Part shown: piece after piece, positions 30,116 through 38,001 of the stretch | Layout of the letters: each line of letters starts with the position of its first letter | Numbering within the stretch: the stretch's first letter is position 1 | Assembly: GCA_963823035.1 (NCBI GenBank) | Contig: CAWGKG010000012.1 | Location: forward strand, 128,001-192,000 | DNA: 64,000 nucleotides | Reading direction: 5' to 3' | Source: an uncultured Gemmatimonadales bacterium | Lineage (GTDB): Bacteria > Gemmatimonadota > Gemmatimonadetes > Longimicrobiales > Gaopeijiaceae | Program-made: the position numbers and the translations under genes | Notes under the pieces: model-generated | Databases searched by the model: none | The model's input: only the letters and a program-made list of their open reading frames with translations | What the model was told of the DNA's origin: nothing

Positions 30116-30939
30116 GGTTCTCCACGAAGGAGCTCGTGGTGCGCTATCCTGGCGCGGCGCGCCCTGCGCTGGACGGCGTGACCATGGACGTGCCGGACGG
30201 CGCGCTCTACGCCGTGCTCGGTCCCAACGGCTCGGGCAAGTCCACGCTCATGAAGGCCTTGCTCGGCGTGTTGCGGCCCACACGTGGCCATGCGCGCCTC
30301 GACGGAAAGGACACGGCTGCGTGGTCGCGCCGCGAGCTGGCGCGCGCGGTCGGCGTGGTCCCCCAGGCCGAGACGATCGCCTTCCCCCTCACGGTGCGCG
30401 AGCTGGTGGCGATGGGTCGCTATCCCCACCTCGGCGCGCTCGGCGGCGAAGGGGAAGCGGATCGCCGGGCGGTGTCGCGAGCGTTGGCGCAATGCGACGT
30501 CGAGGAGCTGGCGCCCCGCGACGTGACGACGCTGTCCGGAGGGGAGTTGCAGCGCGTGCGCATCGCCCGGGCGCTCGCCCAGGAGCCGCGTGCGCTCGTG
30601 CTCGACGAGCCGACGGCGAGCCTGGACATCCAGCACGAGATGGCGATCCTCGAGCTCCTGCGGGCCTCCGCGGACGCCGGCATGACGGTCCTCGTCGTGA
30701 CGCACGGGCTGGACCTGGCCGCGCGCTTCGCCGACCGGATGCTCCTTCTGGCCCGGGGCGTCGTCGCCGCGGAGGGACCACCGTCGGACGTCGTGCGCTC
30801 GGAGGTCCTGGAGCGCGTCTACCGCTGGCCGATCGCGGTGTCGCCGGACCCCAGCACGGGGCTCCCCCGCGTCACGCCGTTGCGCACGGGGCAGGGCCAC
30901 ACCGGAACCGGACCGACGACGACGGCGTCGGGCTGCTAG
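30112..30939 (+). CDS. ABC transporter ATP-binding protein (BtuD/FecE-like)
   Basis: GPNGSGKST, LSGGELQR, LDEPTASLD, VTH. Confidence 0.95.
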   Translation: MRFSTKELVVRYPGAARPALDGVTMDVPDGALYAVLGPNGSGKSTLMKALLGVLRPTRGHARLDGKDTAAWSRRELARAVGVVPQAETIAFPLTVRELVAMGRYPHLGALGGEGEADRRAVSRALAQCDVEELAPRDVTTLSGGELQRVRIARALAQEPRALVLDEPTASLDIQHEMAILELLRASADAGMTVLVVTHGLDLAARFADRMLLLARGVVAAEGPPSDVVRSEVLERVYRWPIAVSPDPSTGLPRVTPLRTGQGHTGTGPTTTASGC

Positions 30940-31851
30940 ACCTGGCCCGCCTCGTCCCTGAGCGCGACGTACGACCGGTACCGGCTCTCGGCGATCTCCC
31001 CGCGCTTCACGGCTTCACGGACGACGCAATCGGGTTCGGAGACATGGGCGCAGTCGCGAAATCGACAGCGCCCGCGGAGCGCCTCCATCTCCGGGAAGCA
31101 CGCCTCCACCTCGTCGGGGGCGACGCCCCAGAGCCCCACGTCGCCGAAACCCGGCGTGTCCGCGATCACACCCCCGCAGGCGAGCGGAACGAGCCGCGAG
31201 TCCACCGTGGTGTGCCGGCCGCGACCGCTCCGACGGGAGACCTCCCCGGTGCGCAGCTCGGCCGAAGGATCGAGGCGATTGACCAGGCTGGATTTCCCGG
31301 CCCCCGAAGGACCCATCAGGGCCGCGATTCCCGCGCACGCCTCTTCGGCGAAGGCATCCATCCCCACCTCGGTCGCGGCGCTCACCGCGATCACGAGATA
31401 GCCGATCGGCTCGTACGTCTCCGCGAGCTCACGCGCGCGCTCGGCACCGCCGGCGAGGTCGACCTTGTTCACGACGAGCACGGGGTGCAGCCCGCTCGCC
31501 TCCACGACAACGAGGAGCCGGTCGACCATGCTCGGTGGTCGTGTCCGGCTCGCGCGCCGCGACCACCACGAGCACGCGATCCAGGTTGGCCGCCACCACC
31601 TTCGCGCGCCGCCCTCCCGGTCCGCGTCGGACCATCTCCGACCGGCGCTCCTCCACGCTCTCGACCACCCACGAGTCCCCGGTCGGGGCTACCCGCACCC
31701 GGTCTCCGATCACCACCTGGTCGCCCGTGCGCCGCTGCTGCTTGAGGCGGCCACGCAGCGCGGCTTCCACCTCCCGGCCGTCGTCCAGACGAACGCGGTA
31801 CACGCCCCCGCCCGTCGCATGGACCGTACCCTCGCCTCCACTCGCGTCCAT
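30936..31851 (-). CDS. rsgA: Ribosome small subunit-dependent GTPase A (frameshift at ~31530)
   Basis: OB fold VIGDRV, VAANLD, NKVD, GPSGAGKSS, GRHTT, DTPG, CRFRDCAHVSEPDC. One extra base joins the two ORFs. Confidence 0.92.
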
Positions 31852-31870
31852 CAGGGCCGGGGTGGCAAGC

Positions 31871-31914
31871 GAAAGGCCCCCCACCGGATCCCTGGCGGGT
31901 CCGATGAGGGGCCT
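31871..31914 (-). terminator. Probable intrinsic terminator after the sigma70 gene
   Basis: Minus strand AGGCCCCTCATCGGACCC-gccag-GGATCCGGTGGGGGCC followed by TTT. Confidence 0.6.
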
Positions 31915-31957
31915 GTAGATCGCATGCGCGTCCGACCGTGACCGGTCGGCCCGGGGG

Positions 31958-32878
31958 TCACGCCGCGAACGACTCCAGCGCGCTGCCGCGCTCGCCCTCG
32001 CGCAGCCGGCGCAGGGCGCGGTCGCGAAGCTGGCGGATCCGCTCGCGGGTCACGCCGAGCATGTTGCCGATCTCCTCGAGCGTGTGCTCGCGCTCGCCCT
32101 CGAGCCCGAAGTAGAGCCGCAGCACCTTCGCGTCGCGCGCCTCGAGCGTGGAAAGCGCCTCCGTGATCGCCTCGGTCAGCAGCCGGCTCTCGACCTCCAG
32201 CTCCGGCTCCGCGGCCTCCTCGGTGATGAAGCGCTCCACGAGCTGCGAGTCCTCCGAATCACCGATCGGCGCGTCCAGCCGGATCTCCGCGGCGTTCAGC
32301 GTCTGCAGCGACTCGACGAGCTCTGGCGTGAGGTCGGTGGCCTCGGCCAGCTCCTCCGTGGTGGGCTCGCGTCCCTTCTCCTGCTTGAGGCGCTCCTTCT
32401 CGCGGAAGATGCGCGCCAGATCGCTCGCACGGTTGAGCGGAACACGCACGGCGCGGCCATGGTTGGCCAGCGAGGCCAGGATGGCCTGCCGGATCCACCA
32501 CACCGCATAGGAGATGAACTTCACCCCCTGCTCCGGATCGAACTTACGCGCGGCCGTGACCAGCCCGACGTTCCCCTCCTGGATCAGGTCCGTGAGGGAC
32601 ACACCGCGGTTCTGATACTTCTTGGCCACGCTGATCACGAAGCGCAGGTTGGCGCGCGCGAGCTCCTGGATCGCTTCCTCGTCGCCCTTCTGAGCGAGCG
32701 CACCGAGCTCCTTCTCACGGTCCGGCGTGATGAGCTCGTGACGGCTCACGTCGCGAAGGTACTGATCCAGCGCACTCTGCTCCTCCACGCTCGCGTCGAA
32801 CCCGGAGAGAAGGTTCTTCCCCTTACGCTTCCGACGCTTGGCCGCCGGGGCCGCCTTCTTGGCAGGGGCAGTGGCCAT
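31958..32878 (-). CDS. RpoD/SigA-family sigma-70 factor (regions 1.2-4, no region 1.1)
   Basis: LDQYLRDV, ANLRFVISVAKKY, DLIQEGNVGL, KFISYAVWWIRQAI, TLEEIG...VTRERIRQL. Confidence 0.95.
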   Translation of the reverse strand: MATAPAKKAAPAAKRRKRKGKNLLSGFDASVEEQSALDQYLRDVSRHELITPDREKELGALAQKGDEEAIQELARANLRFVISVAKKYQNRGVSLTDLIQEGNVGLVTAARKFDPEQGVKFISYAVWWIRQAILASLANHGRAVRVPLNRASDLARIFREKERLKQEKGREPTTEELAEATDLTPELVESLQTLNAAEIRLDAPIGDSEDSQLVERFITEEAAEPELEVESRLLTEAITEALSTLEARDAKVLRLYFGLEGEREHTLEEIGNMLGVTRERIRQLRDRALRRLREGERGSALESFAA

Positions 32879-32976
32879 TCGATCTATGCTCCTTTGGGCG
32901 CGACCCGAAACTGGGATCGGCTGGTTCTCTCTCATCGACGTCAGATTCGGCGAATCCGCCGGATCTTTAGCCCTTC

Positions 32977-33005
32977 ATGATGCTCTTCGACGTTTTGATT
33001 GTCAA
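32977..33005 (-). promoter_or_regulatory. Sigma70-type promoter for the sigma70 gene
   Basis: Minus strand TTGACA-17 nt-CATCAT in an AT-richer intergenic stretch. Confidence 0.6.
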
Positions 33006-33260
33006 CATCACTCGGGGCACATACTACTTCACTGCGAGAGCCGAGTTCCATCCTCCGTGCGTTCCGGCGGACCGAGGGTCCGGGTGGGAGGGAACCAACG
33101 GGGGGCGATCCCTGTAGCGTCGGTTTCTGGTAACCCCTCTTGAGAGACGAGTTCCGCCGTTCCCCCAGCTCTGGAGCTCCGGTTGCCGCCCGTCCACAAG
33201 AGGCTCTACCTTGGCGCCTCGCCTACCCGTGTCTCCGCTCCCTCGAAAGACCATCCGCCT

Positions 33261-34037
33261 TTGGGTCACAAGCTTACTTTCACCGGCCTCAGCGACATCG
33301 GGCGGGTCCGGAAGCGGAACGAGGACAGCTTGTCCCTCCAGCCCGATCTGGGCGTCGCCATCGTCGCGGACGGCATGGGGGGACACCCGGGCGGAGACGT
33401 CGCCAGCCGGATCGCAGCCGATACCGCCGCGCGCCGGCTGCGGGCGCTGCTTCCGCACGGCGGGGCACAGGAGGATACGGCCGAGCTGTTGCGCTCCGCC
33501 ATGGCGCAATCGGTCCTCGGAGCGCACCACGCGGTCCGCACCGAGGGCGTGCGCGAGCCCAGCCTGGACGGGATGGGCACGACGCTCACGGCCATGGCGA
33601 TCGACACGACTTCGGGGGAGTACACGATCGGGCACGTGGGGGACTCGCGCGCCTACCGGTTCCGGGGCGGCGCGCTCGTCCAGCTCACGCGGGACGACAC
33701 GTGGGTCCAGCGGCGCGTCGAAGCGGAGGAGCTCACCCCGGACCAGGCGCGCCGCCACCCGTTCGGCCATATCCTCACGCAGTGTGTCGGACTGGAGGAT
33801 GCGCCGGAGCCCCAGGTACTCAGGGGGATGGTCGAGCCCGGGGACGTGTACGTCCTGTGCACGGACGGCCTGGTGGGAATGCTCGACGACGCCGACCTGG
33901 AGCGACTCCTGACCGCCCATGCAGGGGAGGGCGCGGAGGCCGTGGCCACCGCGCTGGTGACGCTCGCCAAGGAGCGGGGAGGCTTCGACAACATCACGGT
34001 CGTGGTGACCGAGGTGGCGCGCGCAGGGACCGACTAG
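33261..34037 (+). CDS. PP2C-type Ser/Thr protein phosphatase (Stp1/PrpC-like)
   Basis: DIGRVRKRNEDS, VADGMGG, GMGTT, HVGDSRAY, LCTDGL, GGFDNIT; start uncertain (33183 or 33261). Confidence 0.93.
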   Translation: MGHKLTFTGLSDIGRVRKRNEDSLSLQPDLGVAIVADGMGGHPGGDVASRIAADTAARRLRALLPHGGAQEDTAELLRSAMAQSVLGAHHAVRTEGVREPSLDGMGTTLTAMAIDTTSGEYTIGHVGDSRAYRFRGGALVQLTRDDTWVQRRVEAEELTPDQARRHPFGHILTQCVGLEDAPEPQVLRGMVEPGDVYVLCTDGLVGMLDDADLERLLTAHAGEGAEAVATALVTLAKERGGFDNITVVVTEVARAGTD

Positions 34038-35329
34038 ACGGCACCCACCGGTCTCGTGATGCGCTCCAGCACCTGCTCGCGGTCCAGCTCGCGCCGCTCG
34101 AACGTGAACACGCGCAGGACGCGCGCGGTCATGTAGAGCTCCCGCGCCACCCGGGGGAGGTCGACCAGCCCGGCGAGGCCCTCCGTGCCCAGGCGCCCCA
34201 CGGACCCGTCCCTGAACTCGACGAGCACGTCGAGCTGGAACATCGCGGGCTTGGCCGGGAAGTCGATCATGACTTCGCCCGGCTCGAGGCCGAGCTCCCC
34301 CGCGATCTCGTCCTCGACCACACGCTTCCACGGCGAGTCCCCGACGGCCCAGTCCTCCACCTGGCGTCCGCGCAGGTCCGCCGCGGTGAGCTCGACCGCG
34401 CGTTTGGGGAGGCGCCGATGCCGCAACGCCGGGAGCCACCGCGTCGCGAGGCGCTCGGCGGCGTCCGAGTCGTCCTCCTGCGCGCGTCGCGCGATCTCGT
34501 AGAGGAGCTCCTCGTCCGTCGGGCCCACGAGCTCATCCGGGTCGATCAGCCCCGCCGACACCGACTCCTCCACGATGCGCTTGTAGAGCGCCGTCGCCGC
34601 GCGCACGCCGTGGTGCCAATAGACGTTCCGGAACATCTGGTACTTGGCGAAGAGCAGCGACTCGAGGGCCGCCACCGCCTTCTCGTGCACGCCCAGCTCG
34701 TAGGCGCCGGTCGCGGGGTCGGGGAGGAGCACGAGCCCCTGGACCAGGCGGTCGACGTCCACCTCGCCGTAGGGCACACCGCAGAATTGGGCGTCTCTGC
34801 GCAGGTACTCCATCTTGTCGAGGTCGAGGCTCCCGCTCACCAGCCCCCGCAGGGGCATGGCGCTCTGGCCGCGGATGATCTCGTGGATGCGGTCGGCCGC
34901 GCCGAGCCCGAGCGGCGCGAGGGCGTCCCGCAGCGCGGGGGACTGGAAGAACCTCCGGCTCACCTCCTCGTGGTCCGCATGGACCTCGCCCTCCAGCTCC
35001 TCGAGCGCGTGCGAGAACGGATAGTGCCCGATGTCGTGCAGGAGCGCCGCGTAGGGCACGAGTTCCTCACCCTCCCACACCTCGGGTGGGACGCCCCCCC
35101 GGTCATGAAGCTGGCGCAGCGCCGTCACGGTCAGGTGGTAGACGCCCAGCGCGTGGTCGAAGCGCGTGTGTGTGGCGCCCGGGTAGACGAGGTGCGCCAG
35201 CCCGAGCTGGCGGATGTAACGGAGGCGCTGGAACTCGGCCGTGTCGATGATGCGTACGGCGGTCGCGTCCAGGCGAATCGTATTCCAGAGCGGGTCGCGG
35301 ATCAGCTTCCCGTGTGTGGGTGCAGTCAT
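34034..35329 (-). CDS. HD-domain phosphohydrolase (SAMHD1/dNTP triphosphohydrolase-like)
   Basis: IRDPLW, FQRLRYIRQLG, YPGATHTRFDHALG, LLHDIGHYPFSH, DLDKMEYLRRD, VYWH. Confidence 0.92.
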   Translation of the reverse strand: MTAPTHGKLIRDPLWNTIRLDATAVRIIDTAEFQRLRYIRQLGLAHLVYPGATHTRFDHALGVYHLTVTALRQLHDRGGVPPEVWEGEELVPYAALLHDIGHYPFSHALEELEGEVHADHEEVSRRFFQSPALRDALAPLGLGAADRIHEIIRGQSAMPLRGLVSGSLDLDKMEYLRRDAQFCGVPYGEVDVDRLVQGLVLLPDPATGAYELGVHEKAVAALESLLFAKYQMFRNVYWHHGVRAATALYKRIVEESVSAGLIDPDELVGPTDEELLYEIARRAQEDDSDAAERLATRWLPALRHRRLPKRAVELTAADLRGRQVEDWAVGDSPWKRVVEDEIAGELGLEPGEVMIDFPAKPAMFQLDVLVEFRDGSVGRLGTEGLAGLVDLPRVARELYMTARVLRVFTFERRELDREQVLERITRPVGAV

Positions 35330-35499
35330 GCCGGAAGTTGGACGGCACGGCGAAGAGGGGCAATGATCGAACGGGACACGACGGGGGAGGTCTCGCCGCG
35401 AGCCGGGCCGCGGGGCGGAAAGTCGGTGGCGGGTCGTCGACGGCGTCTCTATCTTCCCGAAGGAAAAGCGAAGACGCCCGACTTCCACCCGCATCGCCG

Positions 35500-36591
35500 T
35501 TGCACGCCAACCCTGCCCTCCGAGAGCAAGTCCGCGACCGCGCCGAGAACCGCCCGGGCGTGTACCGGATGTACGGTCCCGGCGACGAGCTGCTCTACGT
35601 CGGCAAGTCGGTGCACGTGCGTACGCGCCTCCTCTCCTACTTCCGCGCCACCAAGGGCGAGAAGGCCTGGGAGCTGATCCGCGAGGCGACCCGCGTCGAG
35701 TGGGAGTACATCCCCAACGAGTTCGCGGCGCTCGTCCACGAGATGAAGCTCATCCAGAGCCGGCAACCGCGCTTCAACGTGCGCCACCGGCGGAAGCGCA
35801 TCTACGCCTTCGTGAAGGTCACCCGCGAGCCCGCGGCCCGCGTGCTCCCCACCACCCGTGTCGTCGAGGACGGCGCCACGTACTACGGCCCGTTTCCGCG
35901 CGTCGGCGCACTCGCCCAGACCGTGCGGGAGCTGTCGCACGTCCTGGGGATCCGGGACTGTCCGGCCGCCACCCCGATGTTCTTCGGGGACCAGCTCGAG
36001 ATCTTCCGGGCCGGACGGCCGCCGCGCTGCCTGCGCGCCGACCTCCGCACCTGTCTCGCGCCGTGCTGCGGGCGACCCACCGCCGCCGAGTACGCGCACG
36101 CGGTGGAGACGGCGCGCCGCTTCCTGGAGGGGCGCGCCGAGCGCCCGCTGCGCGAGATCGAGGTGCGCATGCAGACGGCGGCCGAGCAGATGGAGTTCGA
36201 GTATGCCGGGCTCCTGCGCGACCGCCTGGAACGGCTGCGCCGCTTCCGCGACGAGCTGGTCGCGTTCCGAGGCCGGGTGGAGGACCTCACCTTCGTGTAC
36301 CGCGTGCCGGGCTTCCACGGCGACGATCGCGTCTACCTCATCCGCAGAGGTCGGATCCAGCGCGAGCTGGCGCATCCCAAGGGACGCAAGGCGCGCGAGC
36401 GCGTCGCGTGCGCCATCGAGGAGGTGTACGGCGAGGTCGACCGGGGCCCGCGCGGTCTCGCGCCCGAGGACGCCGCGGAGATCCTCCTGGTCGCCCAGTG
36501 GTTCAGACTGCACCCGAAGGAGCGTCGCCGGACGCTCGCGCCTTCCCGCTGGATCGAGGAGAAGGTCCACCGGAAGCCTCCCTGCGCATGA
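35500..36591 (+). CDS. UvrC N-terminal-like (Cho-type) GIY-YIG nuclease with UVR domain
   Basis: PGVYRM...LYVGKS, RLLSYF, E..LIQ..QPRFN, YYGPF, Cys cluster C...CL...CLAPC, FEYAGLLRD; no RNase H or HhH half. Confidence 0.88.
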   Translation: MHANPALREQVRDRAENRPGVYRMYGPGDELLYVGKSVHVRTRLLSYFRATKGEKAWELIREATRVEWEYIPNEFAALVHEMKLIQSRQPRFNVRHRRKRIYAFVKVTREPAARVLPTTRVVEDGATYYGPFPRVGALAQTVRELSHVLGIRDCPAATPMFFGDQLEIFRAGRPPRCLRADLRTCLAPCCGRPTAAEYAHAVETARRFLEGRAERPLREIEVRMQTAAEQMEFEYAGLLRDRLERLRRFRDELVAFRGRVEDLTFVYRVPGFHGDDRVYLIRRGRIQRELAHPKGRKARERVACAIEEVYGEVDRGPRGLAPEDAAEILLVAQWFRLHPKERRRTLAPSRWIEEKVHRKPPCA

Positions 36592-37601
36592 ACGATCGTC
36601 CCCTCGAGCGACCGCCCCTCCAAGTCTTCGGCGAAGAGGATATCCGCCGGGCCGTCGACGACGCCGCGGCGCTCGCCAGCGCGGAGCGCGCCTTCACGGC
36701 CATGGCCCGCGGCGAGGCGACCGTGCCGCCACCCATGGGCGTCGACCTCGAGCGCGTGCGCGGCGAGATCCACGTGAAGGGGGCCGCCCTCGAGGGCGCG
36801 CCGATCTTCGCCTTCAAGGTGGCCACCGGCTTCTACGGCAACGCCGCGCTCGGCCTCCCCACCGGCGCGGGCCTCGTGCTCGTGTTCGACGCGCGCACCG
36901 GGTTTCCCTTGGCCGTGCTGGCCGACAACGGCTACCTGACGGACGTGCGCACGGCCGCCGCGGGCGCCCTCGCGGTGCGCCTGCTCGCTCCCGAGCGGCC
37001 GCTGGTCACCGCGGTGGTGGGCGCGGGGATCCAGGCGCGCATGCAGCTGCGCCTGATCGCGAAGGTCCGCCCGCTGGCGATGGTGCGCGTCTGGTCGCCC
37101 ACGGTGGCGTCGCGCAACGGCTACGTGGCCGAGATGCGCGACGTGCTCCGCACCGACGTGCGGGCGGAGGACACCGTGGCGGACGCCGTCGCCGGGGCCG
37201 ACCTCGTCGTGACCGTGACACCCGCGCGGAAGCCGCTGGTGGAGGCTGATATGCTGCGCTCAGGCGCGACGGTCGTCGCCGTCGGCTCCGACGGCCCGGA
37301 CAAGCGCGAGCTCGCAGCCGACCTGGTCGCCGGCGCGGACAAGGTGGTCACCGACCGCACGGAGCAGTGCGTCCGCTTGGGCGAGCTCCACCACGCGGTC
37401 GTGGCCGGACTCATGACCATCGGCGACGTACACGCCGAGCTGGGGCAGGTCCTCACCGGCGTACGGTCCGGTCGGGAGGGGGACGAGACCATCGTCTGCG
37501 ACCTCACCGGCGTGGGTGCCCAGGACGCCGCCATCGCGGAGGCCGCGTTCGGCTCCCTCGAGCGCCTTGCAACCTTCTCCGGAAAGAAACTGTCAGATTG
37601 A
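36588..37601 (+). CDS. Ornithine cyclodeaminase / mu-crystallin family protein (second paralog)
   Basis: KVATGFYGN, YLTDVRTAAAG, VGAGIQA, GSDGPDKREL, DLTGVGAQD; ATGA overlap with the previous gene. Confidence 0.92.
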   Translation: MNDRPLERPPLQVFGEEDIRRAVDDAAALASAERAFTAMARGEATVPPPMGVDLERVRGEIHVKGAALEGAPIFAFKVATGFYGNAALGLPTGAGLVLVFDARTGFPLAVLADNGYLTDVRTAAAGALAVRLLAPERPLVTAVVGAGIQARMQLRLIAKVRPLAMVRVWSPTVASRNGYVAEMRDVLRTDVRAEDTVADAVAGADLVVTVTPARKPLVEADMLRSGATVVAVGSDGPDKRELAADLVAGADKVVTDRTEQCVRLGELHHAVVAGLMTIGDVHAELGQVLTGVRSGREGDETIVCDLTGVGAQDAAIAEAAFGSLERLATFSGKKLSD

Positions 37602-37608
37602 TAGTTTC
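37586..37608. promoter_or_regulatory. Putative PadR operator
   Basis: GAAACTGTCA-GAT-TGATAGTTTC, 10-bp inverted repeat with one mismatch, about 45 bp upstream of padR. Confidence 0.55.
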
Positions 37609-37652
37609 AGCGGGCCTGGGCGGCTCGCCGAGTCCTTCCGGAGATCGACATC

Positions 37653-37997
37653 ATGGCGAAAGGCCAGCGTGCGAGCGCGTTTCTCCCGCTGCACCCCCTC
37701 GAGTTCAGGATCCTCATGAGCCTCCTGGACGGTCCCAGCTACGGGACGCGCATCGTGGAGGAGGTCGAGGCCCGCGAGCGGGGGGCGACGCTCTATCCCG
37801 CGAACCTCTTCCGGAGGATCCGCGACCTCGTGGGGCGGGAGCTGCTCGAGGAATGCGCGCCGCCCGAGGACGCCGACCCCAGGCGCACGTACGTCCGCCT
37901 CACGAGGACGGGACGCGCCGTGGCGCGTGCGGAAGCCGTGCGCCTGAGGGAGCTCGTGCGCGAGGCCGAGGGACGTGACCTGCTCCCGGGGAGCTGA
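37653..37997 (+). CDS. PadR family transcriptional regulator
   Basis: FRILMSLLDGPSYG, LYPANLFR, RRTYVRLTRTGR. Confidence 0.88.
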   Translation: MAKGQRASAFLPLHPLEFRILMSLLDGPSYGTRIVEEVEARERGATLYPANLFRRIRDLVGRELLEECAPPEDADPRRTYVRLTRTGRAVARAEAVRLRELVREAEGRDLLPGS

Positions 37998-38001
37998 AGA
38001 C

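Noticed and set aside
31520..31540. rsgA split into two ORFs (pseudogene?)
   Set aside because: One-base insertion with all motifs otherwise intact; probable sequencing error.
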